From Raillietiella orientalis (taxonomy: Eukaryota): a stretch of DNA of 64,000 nucleotides. The first letter of the stretch is position 1. The number at the start of each line of letters is the position of its first letter. Of the stretch, positions 25,240 to 37,449 are shown piece by piece. The stretch spans positions 3,348,001 to 3,412,000 of the forward strand of contig JAYWIR010000011.1 of NCBI GenBank assembly GCA_036172245.1, in the 5' to 3' direction. Under the pieces are notes generated by a model, which had not been told where the DNA came from, searched no databases, and was given only the letters and a program-made list of their open reading frames with translations. Both the position numbers and the translations under genes were made by a program.

Positions 25240-25820
25240 TCCCGATCGGTCGTCCCGGAAAGAACCTTCGAAAGAAACTGCGAGCACGAAATCTGTTCAA
25301 GCAATGCGTTCACGGACGCTTCTTGCATTCTTTGTGGTGCCCGCGTCGGATAAGGAGGGCAAGCAAGCCGACGGGACGGAAGATCGGAAGAAGGTACTTT
25401 CGCCTTCCTCCCGGCTTCCTTGTCACCTCCTCCTCGCTCGCTACTGTTGCGTCGCCGTTGTCCAGCGTATCCGCTACTCACCGTCACTTCCGCTTCTCGC
25501 CCCTTTCAGCGGCAAATCCAAGAATTCCAGCGACCTTCCAGATGAATTTGAGGGTTACTTAGGCCACGGAAACCTCCTACGAATCATCAAACAACATCGG
25601 TCACGATTTCCTGCGACATGTCATATCCTCAAAGAAGATCACGTATGTTAGTATGCCTGATAAGAGTAAAGGCAGGATGCAGAATGTAAGAGAGTGGATT
25701 TGTTGACGTACAAGGATCAACGCAACGTGCGCAGCCGTTGAGGAGTGCGCACAAGACAACGCGGCAAACAGTGCGCTATTACCGGAAATTTCCTGACGAC
25801 CCCTGGTAAACTTCATTTAC
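25240..25820 (+). mobile_element. Decayed LINE RT N-terminal fragment inside the IR1 spacer
   Basis: 'DKEGKQAD' linker-like (~25350), 'GKSKNSSDLPDEF' (GKSPGxDGLPxEF-like, ~25510), 'TYK' (~25708). Confidence 0.55.
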
Positions 25821-25874
25821 AGCTCACAAGATGTTTTTTTTCTTCACATACATCTTAACCATGAACAAATTGGT

Positions 25875-26245
25875 TTGCTTCGGATGATGGAAATCCTTTT
25901 GGATTCTTCTGTTGTCGCTGATTTCCTTCCAGCCTTTTTTTTTTTTCGGTTTTTTTTTTTTTGGTTCGCTAAATACTGAAGAACCGTTCGCTTCCTTAGG
26001 GGGAGGGAGCTCAGAAAGCTCTTTAACGCTGTCCACGCCACCCGGAGATGCGTGCTTAACTCTTCAGATGAGGGGTAACTCTGGAAGGACATCCAATGAA
26101 ACCAGGGAGGCTCCGAAAATAGAGTGCGTTCCTCTTACTCTTGGGAGGGAAACCCAAAGAGAACCTCTTCCTTATTCTCTCTGGAAGGACCCCGAAGGGG
26201 ACACTCCTGATTTCTTCTTCAAAGGGAACCCGTAAAGGATCCGCC
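25875..26245 (-). mobile_element. LINE endonuclease-RT linker fragment, homologous to 62905-63245
   Basis: 'LRVAWTALKSFL...KKKNRKKK' (L1 W-x-x-x-K linker). Nucleotide blocks shared with the second copy include atttccttccagc, cgctgtccacgccaccc, ttcctcttactcttgggagg and aagggaacccg. Confidence 0.65.
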
Positions 26246-26248
26246 CCT

Positions 26249-27700
26249 GGAAGACGGAGCTGAATTGTCCGAAGCTCTGGACCGTCTCTCTTCATCTGGA
26301 GACGTCGAGCGTTTCTGAATCGCACGTCTGTCTCTCCGCGAGCACTCGGCAAATCTTCTCCGTTTGGGAGTCCCCACAACGGCTCAGGTGGATACCTATT
26401 AACTGATGATAGCGATGATTCTCATGGAGGCTTTGGTGTGCGAATGTGCAAGAGCACGAAGACGTCAGGTCACTGCCGGGCATTGCATGTTCCGGGAAGC
26501 TCAGCATGGTTTGTTCCTCCATGTTGCCACAAGAAAATTCACCGTACTGAAGAGCAAAGGAAGTAATTTATTAGTTTATTTGTCTTGGCGTCGCTGCATG
26601 GGAACACAGCGTGGTTGGTGCAAGGGACGCGAAGGTTTTCCATCGAGGTGTTTCTCAGAAATGACGAAGCAGAGGTTTTAAGAAACAATCAGTTTGCAGC
26701 AAGATGCTTGGCATGCTTTTGCAGGCAGTTCCCCTTTCCACTTCCAGCCTCCACCCATCCAGCTGCTTCCCGAAGCAGCCTACTGCCCTTTTCAGGCTCT
26801 CGATAAAGGTTCCGGGGTGCCAAAGTGGCAATCAGCGGTGGCTGCAGATGCACAGGCAAGCAGACAGCGGCGGTTCACCAAGGAAGAATTTCCAACCTCG
26901 GACCAGCGCTGGAGAAGCGGAGGAAGGAGCGATTCGGAAGAGGATGGCTCCCTGGAGCTCTCATGCCGAAGGAAAGGAAAGGAGCGACAAACTGCAACCG
27001 GAATTTCGGCAGCTTGCGGCCCGCAGCCCAGCGGCCCGAGAATATGGCGAATGCTCACCTTTTATTTTCGCCATGAAGTGCAACTTAGCCACTCGCGGTG
27101 CGTCTTTCGTTATTGGATGCACTCCGCAGATGATGCCCTCCTTTCCGTGTGGGGATGAAAATGGAAAGCAAGCCGATTTAATTGACAGAGAGAAGAAATT
27201 CGAACCTTGATAAACAACATGCCTGTCTTGAGTTCATCAAACGTCAGCCTCGTGAAACGGTTTGGTAATTGGGAAACACCCGATCTTTTTAAACCTCCCT
27301 AATTCTTTCCGCGCGGAAATAAGGCTGCATTATTCCTTCGTTCTAGAACAGGAGAGTGTTTCTTGTTCTCAGGAGAAAAGGGGAACGTTTCTTCCTTTTT
27401 TTTTTTTTTTTTTCTCTTTCTTCCTTTCCCCTCTGTTTTCCTCTCGAGAACAAATTTCAGCATCATTTATCCTAGCAACCGCAGGGGTTACGGGAGCTAG
27501 AAGGCAATTACTTCTAATCAGTTTCGGATTTGAGAGCTTATCGACCGCGAGCTGCGCGCTCATTTTTCTTCCGGTTGTTTGTTTACCCGCAGCCATTTTC
27601 CTGCTGGCACCGCAAGAAATCCAAATACGTTCAGACGCCTGCTGCTGCCAAACAGGATGCCACCACATGCGCGTTGTCACGAGCGGACGACCATCTCGGA
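26249..27700 (+). mobile_element. Decayed LINE RT fragment beginning at the right arm of IR1
   Basis: 'AELSEALDRL' (~26260), 'TQRGWCKGR' (~26605), 'TGISAACGPQPSGP' (~27000), 'HSADDALL' (~27122). Confidence 0.65.
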
Positions 27701-27864
27701 CCAGAAAACTCACGTGCCTTTCTCATTCGCGCGTGATGCAGGGATGACAGACGAAATGCAACGAGTCCGAAAAACGACGCGAGCCGCGGGAAGGGGGGGG
27801 GAGGGAGGTTCCTCACTTCCGCGATTCTTCCTCGCGCAGCGCGGGGCGTTGCGGGCCCTGCTGG

Positions 27865-27895
27865 ATGCGTGCGTGCGCGCGCGCGCGCGCGCGCG
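27865..27895. repeat. Alternating purine-pyrimidine tract with a pure (GC)n core
   Basis: atgcgtgcgt followed by an uninterrupted (gc)n run, read directly. Confidence 0.9.
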
Positions 27896-28099
27896 AGCAG
27901 CCAGCCCTACGCAGTCCTCGCAAGCGGCCTTTTTCGGGTTTTCCCGTTTTGAAAATCTCGTTCCGAGGAACAACGCGCCCCTGCCTGCCACAAAGGGAAC
28001 ACGATCGAGCACGCCCGTGGTCACAATGAGTATCTGAAAACTTAATAACCCATTCTTTCGGCCATTCGCCATCAGTCACGAGAGACGAAAGGATCGAAG

Positions 28100-28800
28100 C
28101 TTTCCGCATCCTCACAATGAGCGGAGTGATCTGTTTTCCCCCTGCGACGAGCCGATCTGAAAGGGGATTCCCTGCGATCCGGGAAGAGCACAACAATGGC
28201 CTCGGAGGAATGGGACGTTTGCAAGAACACAATGCGTAAACTGACAGGGAGCAGTCCGGACGGCCGGCAAGCCATCATCAACCCATGTCAGCATCGGCGT
28301 TCGCTTCGGATGCCGCGGAGCGCTTGCGCAGCCACACTCTGGAATTCCCGGATGCTCTACGAGGCGAGCGGATGAGGAAGGGATCAGCGGGGGAAAAGCT
28401 CCAGGCCCGAAAACGGCACGGCCGTGCTTGGATGGACGGCCACGGCGTGCGACAGCAGCCAGAGTGGCCCAGACGTGCACTGGCAATGCTCTCCAGGGAA
28501 ATAGCGGCCAGGTCAGAGGGGGTTTCCGATCGGATCCCAGGAGTTGCGGACGATCCCCTCGAAAGGGCATGCGCCAAATTTGAATCGCATCTTTCAGTGT
28601 GACCCGCGGCATGTCTCAATGGCTTGCCAGTCACTCTGGGGCGATTTTTGCAATCAAAAGTGCACACAGTAACCAAGCAGGATGAGAAAACCCACCGGAA
28701 CCCTAGGTCCCGTGGAAGTCTAAGAAAGCACAAAACTCTCGCAGGTCATCTGCTCGCGGAGCTCCGCGGTGCAGTCAGGGAAGAAGGCACACGCCACGAA
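28100..28800 (-). mobile_element. Decayed plant-type L1 ORF1 fragment
   Basis: 'WPLFPWRALPVHVWATLAAVARRGRP' (W..LP.H.W...L..IA...G pattern), followed by knuckle-like 'LPAVRTAPCQFTHCVLANVP'. Confidence 0.65.
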
Positions 28801-28849
28801 ACAAATGCGGAAATATAGAACACTGTGAGGGGAGGAGGGAAACATAGGA

Positions 28850-31800
28850 CACTCTTCCTTCAACCTTCCCAGAAAGGGAAATCTCCCTGCCCTGCTGAAT
28901 TAAAATGGTGGAGATTTAGGAGATGGTACTTCCCTGTCTTGCCGGTCTCGCTCCGCAACGTGCTACCGCCATGAGAGACTCCCGCGGCGGATCGCCGCAA
29001 GACCTCTGGGCGCAAGTCTTCCCCAAGTGCAGGAGGTCCTCCGCTGGAGGCGTCCGTTCTGGACGGAGGGCATTCTCCCGGTCCAGTAGAAGGTGCGGGG
29101 GAGATTCGATCTCTCCGCACCTGGAGCAGTGCTGAAGGACGTTCCTCCCTGTCGAGTGGTGCCGGAGAGCGGGAATAGCGTCTCCATGTGCTGTCCTCTG
29201 AGTGGGTGGCGCTTCCCGTGCCTTGCCGAGGGTGGGTACCGTGGAGACGAGTGCACCCGTTCCCGTGGAGACCAGCCTTCCTAGGAGTTTGCAGCCGTAG
29301 CGCGCCGGCAAGCAGCGCGACTTCTTGCGGACAAGGCGACGCGCCTCTCGCGGATCCGGCGAGCGCCCCACGTTTCTTAGCCTCGAGACTCGACGGTTCT
29401 CCCCCACGCTGAACGGTTCCGGTTCTCTTCTCTTCCGCGGAAATGCAGCTCCTCAGGAATCCCAGCTGCAGTTTTCACTTTGCCCGAATCTCTTCCCTTT
29501 TCCTTTTTAAGCACGACAGAGATAACTCCGAGAGCCGCCACACAGAAAGAACACCCACCCCTGTCTCGATTTCACCTGCAGGAAAATAGACTCGAGCAAC
29601 TTCTTCATCGTGTTTTGTCTTTCCTTGGGACCTTTGGGATTCAGGGAACGACGGGGCGATGCTAAGAGAGCTCAGCTTCCTGTAGCACCATGAAGGGCAT
29701 ATTTGAAAGGAGCTGACATGTCCCAGCATTCAGTTCTGTCATGAGGTCGTTTGAAACCAGAGACCAAGTGATAGTTTGTAAAGGAACTTCCCATTGAGAA
29801 CTCTCCCAGCCTCTCAAAGAATGGGATGAGGAGGAGATGGAAATGGTGGCTAACCGTCCTCACTAACCAGCCAAACTCCATCCTTAGATACGTAAAATTT
29901 TTCAAGGTGAATACATGCAACATGCTGAGGGCGAGAGATAGCCTGAAGACGGCAATCCTTGCTTCTAAACGCGGACATCCCATGCTCAAGTGGAATTTGA
30001 AGATGGTACCCAACGTAGGTAGCATCGACCATCCACCAGCGTTGTAGCGATGATGAAGAAAGGAAGAAGATCTGTCGCTGGATTCTGGACAAATAAAAGT
30101 GAAAGCCGAAAGAGACCGGACGGTCGAATCTAGAAGAAAAAAATTTTCAACTTTGTTCGTTTGAGATTTCTTGCTGCTCGGGGTACAGGCAATGGCTTAG
30201 GTAGATCTACGTGTTGCAGGTCATGAAACTTCGTCACCGAAGGCCAACTCCGAGAGTTGACGCTTTATAGAATACTCGACTGCACTTTGCACTGGAGACC
30301 TAGCAAGGGCGAATCTTTCCGGAGCCGAGGAATCCTCAACCACATGGTCCAGATTAAAGTAGTCCACTTGAAGGCATTTCGGTCATTTAGCACGTAGACT
30401 GCTAGCCGTGTCGATTGCCCGCTCCCGCTTCCCCAGAAAGATGAAGAGGAGTATACAATTCATCTGAAGCTTTGATAACTTCCTTGGGTCGTGAAATAGC
30501 GTCATCCGAAAATTGCAGTGGGGCTGCCAAAACCGGGAGCAAGACGCTCACTCGTTGTATGCTCAGTCTTCGTAGACACGATAGATAACCCCTGAGGCCA
30601 TAGGAAGTGTGGGAATGTTTAGCTCGCTTTCCGTGTGAGTTTCTGGTTTGTACGGATAGTCCATGCTGAACTCATTCGTGCGTTCCCTCCACACCCCAAG
30701 CTCTTTCAACAGGTTTGACTGCAGCGTCGTCTTGACTGCGTCGCTAATATGGGATCTTCAGAGAAACGTGGAGTCCCACACGTCTCATCCCTTCGCCAGT
30801 GAACATCGCAAGAGGGTTCACGCTTGTCTCCTTGAATTTACGGTACCTTCCCTGCTGCAGCACGCAACAACTAGGGTATTAAGCTGCCTCGTGACATCTT
30901 GGCCCGACACGTTTGCTCGGCAAGAGCTTTCGCAGCTTTCGACCCCAGTCTTATCCTTACGTGGGAGACTTTTGGACCACTGAGATGTGGCTGTTCCTCC
31001 CTTCGGACAGTTAGGCTGCAGAATCTCATTCCTTTGAAATGGACGAATCGCTTTGGGATCTAAGGTCGGAAAATCGCTCAGAATTGGATACAGGGATGAC
31101 ACAAGGAGTTATCTTTAACTTCTGAACCCTACTCTAAGTTATGAGAAATGCTTCGTCCCCCCTTGAAGAATACTGTACGAAGACCAGCGCTGGTCATCTG
31201 TGCATCCGTACAGATGGCATGAGAACGATCGTTAGGTAAGATGCATCTCTCGTGGCAAGAGAGAATCCCGAGACGTTAGTCTCGACTGGTATCCTGGCAC
31301 TTGTGCACTTCCCACAGATAAAACTTGCGTTATGCGTTCACACGGAAGCGCGCATTTGTGCCATGGCTGGCGTAAACCTTGAGCTAAGAAAAGAGCTTCT
31401 TATTGGTTGTCTCTGTGCTTCAAGTGTAGGACACCTGAAGCTCAATGACGAAGGATCAAAGCACCCCAACTGAACTTCTTGGAATGTTTCGAATGCCTTA
31501 AACAGTTCCATGTGTTCTTCACTGCATTCGTTCTTCAGGGATCATCTACGCCTACCGTTTGTTTACCTTTCACTTTATGCAGAAGAATCTGTGGCATAGG
31601 AAGGGAAACCTTGAATCTTTATGTAGTCGAGATTGCAGCTTTGCTTCTTGCAGAACAAAGCGCAGATACAGAGCTCTTTCTGTCCCCAAGTGTAGCATTG
31701 TCTTCTTTCTGTTTCTTGGTGATCCTTGGGTAGTTCTGACCAGCATCCCTGACGGTCTTTACTGCATTTCGTGCATTCATCTGGATGTTTAGCTCACACG

Positions 31801-33800
31801 GAGCTGTCGCTGGGAAACTCGTAGTCGAGAAAGGGAGGAAAAATCCATACAAGGAGTCTTCGAAAAGGTTGACTTCGGGCAACCTTCCGCGCTCCATGTA
31901 GTTTCAAGCAAGCAACCGGAAGAGACATCATGCCCTCCACCTCGTCTGTAGCTTCAGAAGCGGGCAGCAACCATCGGGACGTTCTCTGCAGGAGGAGTGA
32001 GGACGGAAAGCCAACCGTGTCTGTGAGGCAGGCCGAGAAAGGAGACATGTTCATCTTTACCCATATCATAGCACAACTGCACATCAGATTCACAGTGAAA
32101 GGGCATTTCTTTATGAGATGAAATTAACCGAGGGGTCCAGACACACCAGTTATCTTAGGGAAGAAAATTTGAGTTTTCACCTAAACGCGGAACAGTACGA
32201 AGAATGTCCTAATTTCCCAAAGACTGGAAGTTGACGGTCGGTGGTCTGAGGGAGAGAGATGGCAGGCACAAGAGGAGAAAAGGACAATCCCTCTGCCGAG
32301 TCCAAGTCGCCCTCCTGATCGGAGGAACAACTCTTTGGGGAACTCGAAAAGCATTAATGGGGAGTAAAACACGGAAGGTACGATAAGATCTCGACTGGAG
32401 GACTAGAGCAGAAAGCGGCACGAGGAACAAATGGGAACGACAGAGTTTAGAATCTCCTCACGCTGAACAACAGTTCGAGTGATTTTCTAAAGACATCATT
32501 AAAGAAGGAAAGAGAAGTCTCTTTGTTTTTCCACTGAAGATCGATAGGCCTTTTGAACCGAGGAGAAATGCGAACCTGTCAGGAGAGTTTCTGCAGGAAG
32601 AATGCAATCGCGTTTCAACCTGATAAGAGGACGAAAGGGGTTTGGTCTGCTGCGTCTGAAACAGAAGGAGGAAGCACTTCTGAAGCAGCGTGAACAGCAA
32701 ATGGGGCCTTGGAGACAAGATGGCATATCTACTGACGAATTTTCATAGGTGCCTATGTGTCCATTTCTCCTCAGAGTTTTAATGGCAACAGTAAATGACC
32801 GTAGTGGAAAACCACTCGCCTTGACATGAGTTGGCGTTGATCGCTTGATGCCTTTGTTTTGAGTGCGGCATTCATCCCGAATCGAAGAGGAAGTGCAAGA
32901 ATCTTTCACAAACAGCTTACCGTGGCGGAGCACGTGAAGCGCTGCTTCCCTTCTCCACAGCCGAAATGACTAACCTCACTCATCCTTGTCGTGTCGGATT
33001 CCAGGAGTTCCGGTAAGGAGGCTTGATGACTTGAGTAGTATTCTAGCTCATTCTAGCCCATCCTCCCTACTGTGGGGGTTGTGCAGCCAACCCGTTTCCG
33101 AGCTCCGAAGACGTGGCGGCACAGCCGTGACCGATGTTCGTAGGGTGCGGACATTTGTATGGTTCTGTGAAGACAGAATGCAGGGAAGATGGTGTGTCAA
33201 GTCATCGTTCCGTCCGCATGGCAACAATAGAGATTGTTTTCTGTAGTCGAAGCACCACCTGTTGTTTCCCTCCTGGGAATCGAGGACAGTTGCTTGGGAA
33301 GCACGAAACGCCATTTCTCCCCTATCCGAACGCAGTGCTCTCTCACTTATTGGGAGACCTGCGACGGTGAAGCGTTTCCAAGATACACCGTTCCTTTCTG
33401 CGGACTGCTGCCCTCTGCTTCGCCACGTGCCATCTACGATTTCAATTAACTTAAGCTTGATGGCGCTTCGGCTAAATGATCTGTTTTGAAAGGATTTGCT
33501 TGTTTTTATGGAAGCACCTCAGCACCTTGCGTGAACTCTTGGGACCTACTCATGTGAGAGGCTGCGGGTGCGAGTTCGAAAGAGACCACCGCCACAAGAA
33601 CAGAGTTCTAGTCTGAAGCCAGGAAAACGCTCCAGAGACGTTTTCTGGAACACTTGGATCCTGGATCCCCTCTTGAACTCTCCGATGGAAAAGACCTCGA
33701 ACCCGGCCGACTCATCAGAGGGTGAAAGATGAGCGGAATCCAAGCGGAAGGATACCTCAAGATTCGAGTGACACACATAGTGTACCCAACACTGTGTGTC
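28850..33800 (-). mobile_element. Near full-length decayed L1-type LINE
   Basis: Knuckle-like 'LPCGRNDDLTHHLP' (~33210), 'VDMPSCLQ' (~32725), 'SDHRP' (~32245), 'AGLRTVFFK' (~31180), 'LAKG*DVWDSTFL' (~30790), 'LQFSDD' (30518-30501), 'RIQRQIF..AGGWS' (~30080-30030), zf-RVT 'CSRCGEIESPPHLLL' (~29110). Confidence 0.85.
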
Positions 33801-33900
33801 GATCCCGAGATAGTGGCTCGTGTCCTCGAGAGCAAAAAAAGGCAGGCTCTCTGAACGCTCAGTAAAGCACGTTTTCTGTATTTTTTTTTTTTTTGTGGAG

Positions 33901-34084
33901 GAGGAGGAGGAGAAAGTGAGAGCGAAGAATCAGCGAGAGATCTCTGCAAGAAATCCAGAGATCCTGGAGGGAAAAAACTCGGAAGCCTAGAGCAACCGCT
34001 CCGAAGAAGTGATGCTTATCGCGAACATGAACGAATAAGGAGTGAACATGAAGCCGTGGTTTTCTCATCGCGTTCCTTAGCAAG
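33901..34084 (+). CDS. Gene B candidate exon (GGGESESEESARDLCKKSRDPGGKKLGSLEQPLRRSDAYREHERIRSEHEAVVFSSRSLA)
   Basis: Poly-T tract followed by ggag|, open hydrophilic frame, donor AAG|gtggta; lies between two LINE relics. Confidence 0.35.
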
Positions 34085-34199
34085 GTGGTAACGCGGAGTC
34101 GCCCATGCACTGCTCCAGGCCACATGAAGGAGCGCATTCTTCTAATCGTACTTCCAGCCGTGCTGCAGGATAATCTTAAAAGGAAAAAAAAAAAACGAT

Positions 34200-36650
34200 T
34201 GTGGAATGCGATAAGCTTTTCTCTAATCAGCTGATTGATGTCCAGCAACCAGCATTGTAGGGCGAATACTTCCCGGAAGTTCGAACGAATGGCATCCTTG
34301 CATATCCTGCTGTTGTTGGGTGGGAAGATGCTTTTGCATGGCGCCGCTGTAAGAGCATTCAAATCCCGCATCAGTGACGGTATCATGGGACACTCAGGCT
34401 ACAGAGGAGAGATGCAGGATGCAGGAGACTGGAACGGCAGTCTCGGGGTGTGAAACTGAACGAATAGGGGCTCTGCAGCAGCATCTTTTCACGAGACACC
34501 TTCTGAGCCACGGCAGAATTCCATCGCTGCTTTCCAGCCACTCTACAATCCATCATCATCTCCAGTGCAGTTCGGAAGAATAATTCTGTGGACGTGAACT
34601 TCGGTTGCAGAGGTCATTCGAGCTCGAGCTCCGAATCACGCAGAGAAGCGCCTGCCTAAGGGTGGGTGGTGATGTGTGCATTCCGAATGCAAGCAAATGA
34701 AGGGGCAGGAATCCCTGTTCTCCCGCCGGCCACGAACTCGGGTGGCATCCTTCCTTACCACTTCCGCGACGAGCTGCGCGAGTTCTCCCTTGAGGACGGT
34801 GCGTCTTCCAGAATCGAATCGTAACATCGGGCAGTCATCGCCGACCCAAGGGGTCGTGGCTGTCAGCCGGAGTTTTCTCTCAGGCGAGCAGCGCGATCAA
34901 AGCTTTCCGAGGTCTCACGAAAGGAAGGGCAAGAAAGGAGCACGTTGAGCAAAGATCGGACTGGAAACACAGGGAGCAGCAACACATGGTCGGGCCTGGC
35001 GCGCGCCCGCGGTGGGACACGGGAAAAGCGACGGGAATGAAAGCCTCATCTGTGCCACTTGAGCGGGAAGCAGCCGACCCATCTGCCCGGCAAGAGCTGC
35101 TGAATGGCGGTAAAGCAAGAGCTTCATCCGTGCTGATCAAGGAAGTGAAGTGCTTGGCACCATCAGGGTCAGGCTGACCTGTGGCACCCGGTCACGTTGG
35201 GGGACTGGTTGCAACATGCAACAATGAACACGCGAAAAAAAAAAAACATAGCGGAAACATCCTGAGAAAGTCCGAGGAATTCCTTCACCCGACTTACTAA
35301 AGGGGGGATTAAGGGGCCTAAGGGGTAGGGATTGTTTGTAGGGGTAGGAAAAGGAGTGCTGGTTACCGGGAATCCCCTGGAGACCTCTGCATCCTGTGCA
35401 GGATGAGCTCTGGAGGGAGGTGAGCTTGAGACGGCAGGGAATGCTCTAGCTCGGACTCGTGCAAGAGAGGATGACCTCGGTGGGACAACATTCCACGATG
35501 CAGCGGGGATTGTGAATGAAACGCCTCGAGGCTCAGCTCTGTGCTGCACGGAGATCACCAGGATGCTTTCAAGCAGCGGGAATCACCTTCTTGACTTGAT
35601 ACTTCACGATGGTGCTGGAGAACGTTCTAGGCCAACTGCTTTCCAGATTTCTCCAGAGTCATCACAATTCAGAAAGAGCGGTGGGTAGTTTCCTTCTTGT
35701 TTCCGATGGGGCGTTTCCTTCATCCCGGAGAAATCCGGACCGCTGAGCCTGTGAAGAATTTCCAGAGTTTCGTGAAGGGGTGGGTGGAGGTAGGGGTACG
35801 AATCCTCAGAGTGCTGGGAAGAGTCTTCTTGCACAGCTAGAGTTCTCGAGTCCTTCTGGTTCCCTTTGGAGACCGTCTTCTGAAATGAAGGAAGATGAAT
35901 GATGAGAGAAGTTTCTAGCACTAAGGAAAACCAGCAACAAAAAAAAAAGCGGGAAATGAAGGAGAATCCCGAAAAAAATTTGAGAACTCTCAAAGCAGGC
36001 AGCTTCCACATATTCTTCAGCCACCGCTTTGCCTTTTTAACCGCACGGCGACGAGTCTCGTGGTGGACGCATCCCCATCAGGTGAGGTTGCTCATCCTGT
36101 CGAGCCGCTGGCTGGTAAGGAATCTGAATTCGAGAGATCCTTGGCCCTATCGCCAAAGCTCCCCTGCTCGAAATTCCTTCATGAGCTACCAAAAAGTCTC
36201 CCCAAGTGTGGGAGGATGAGAGAATCAAATGTGAGGAAGCACGTGGTTGATAAGGAGTACATGATTTCATTAAACATTGAGACCGCGCTTCGGGTGTCGT
36301 ATGGAGGATACTGCCGTATGTGACTGGATGGCCACAAAAAGACGTGAAGCTCGGATGAAAGCCTGGAGACCGAGAACAATGGGCAGGTTTTTCAACCAGA
36401 CTTTGTTCAGATAAGAATGGGAATCTGCTAGATATCGATGACACGGAGGGTTTAAGGGGAAAATTTCGAAGATAGGTTAAGGGGTAAGGGGATTTCGGAT
36501 GCTGGAGATGATGTGAGTGGGATGCGGCAAGGACAGCAGTGAAGATAAAGAGAATCTTTTGTAAAAGGGTGCTGCTGTTTTGATTATCCCTGCTGCGAAG
36601 ACGGGCAGGAGCGTAGTGAGAAGATTCCGCAAGTGAGCGCGCGCACAAGG
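34200..36650 (-). mobile_element. Decayed LINE, ORF1 plus endonuclease, RT missing
   Basis: 'YLRNFPL' (~36465), knuckle-like 'PYQPAARQDEQPHLMGMRP' (~36100), 'SPNVTG' (~35195), 'WVGDDCPML' (~34840), linker-like 'FPPNNSRI...WLLDINQLIRE' (~34300). Confidence 0.5.
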
Positions 36651-36985
36651 GCAGCCCTTAAATACAGTTCGTTAAAAATACACTGCGCAGCTGGATGCAG
36701 TGTTCTCTGTGACGAATTTCGGTGGTTTCGCATGCCCTCATCCCCGCTAATCGCCTAGCAATGAAATCGAGATTTCAGTCGGGAGTAATTCACAGGAACA
36801 AACCAGCTTGCCTCCAATCCGGGTCACAAAAATTCGTGCTGACCCTTCCCTCTGAACGTTGCTTCTTCTCTTGAAACTTTGACAAATGGCTAGCAAATAG
36901 CTTAGTAATCCCTAATTTTTCTTAAGTCAGTGTTGTTCTTCACGAGTTCGCTGTCTGTTTCTTTTGTCCGCGGGCCTAGGGAGCA

Positions 36986-37078
36986 AGCGGATAGCGAATC
37001 CCATTGTTGGCAGGCATCTATATATAGCTGCGGCATCTATATATAGATGTTTGCCAACAATGGGATTCGCTATCCGCT
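36986..37078 (+). repeat. Near-perfect hairpin: 42-bp stem, 9-nt loop
   Basis: agcggatagcgaatcccattgttggcaggcatctatatatag pairs with ctatatatagatgtttgccaacaatgggattcgctatccgct. The only deviations are two adjacent G:T pairs. Confidence 0.95.
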
Positions 37079-37351
37079 CTCCATATAGAGTGCAGGCCTA
37101 GGTCTAGGCTACCGGCGGAAGCGCGTTCCACTCTACCAGGTTCCTCCGGGCGGCCTGCCCCTATTTGGCAGGCGCTCTTGCTTGCATCGTCCTTCATGCA
37201 CTCGCCACCCTTTGCACGTGGACGCGGACGACGACGACGCGCAGCCATGAAGATAGATCCTTGACAGCAGGCGAAGATGCAAATGGAAGCTGCTGTCGCA
37301 TCATCAGTGGATTCATTCTTGAGCAGCCTGCGACTCGTTATTGGGCATATC
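37018..37351 (-). CDS. Gene C candidate terminal exon; frame unresolved
   Basis: Acceptor ttttacttactttccttaag|. One frame stays open to a TAG at 37018 inside the hairpin, another stops after DMPNNESQAAQE. A plus-strand exon reading is also possible. Confidence 0.25.
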
Positions 37352-37449
37352 CTTAAGGAAAGTAAGTAAAAGCAAACGCTTTATCAGCAGTATCTAGTAT
37401 TTGGTGAAACTTGCTTGTCAAATTGGTTGTGGGCATTTCGTAAATCTCT

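Larger units (their letters stand above)
25093..26394. repeat. Inverted repeat IR1: arms 25093-25235 and 26249-26394, spacer 1013 bp
   Basis: Manual alignment: arms are identical apart from one 3-nt indel. Also visible as duplicated peptides in the ORF track (WGLPNG..DLPSARGETDVRFRNARRLQMK). Confidence 0.97.

Noticed and set aside
26060..26095. Hammerhead ribozyme core (cagatgag...ggaa)
   Set aside because: Lacks the exact CTGANGA and GAAA core, and the second copy at ~63070 does not conserve it.
25093..26394. IR1-IR3 as terminal inverted repeats of DNA transposons
   Set aside because: No target-site duplication at IR1, no transposase, arms unrelated between loci, and LINE RT relics run through the arm boundaries.
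29475..30025. Ty3/gypsy RT (SHHFHLLLIPFFERL resembles KDHFPLPFIDQMLERL)
   Set aside because: The segment lies between an L1-type LQFSDD and a zf-RVT motif in collinear order, so it is the C-terminal half of a LINE ORF2. No integrase or LTRs were seen.
37277..37361. Plus-strand exon MQMEAAVASSVDSFLSSLRLVIGHILKE with donor gtaagt
   Set aside because: Competes with a minus-strand acceptor at the same place, and neighbouring candidate exons favour the minus strand. Left unresolved rather than called.
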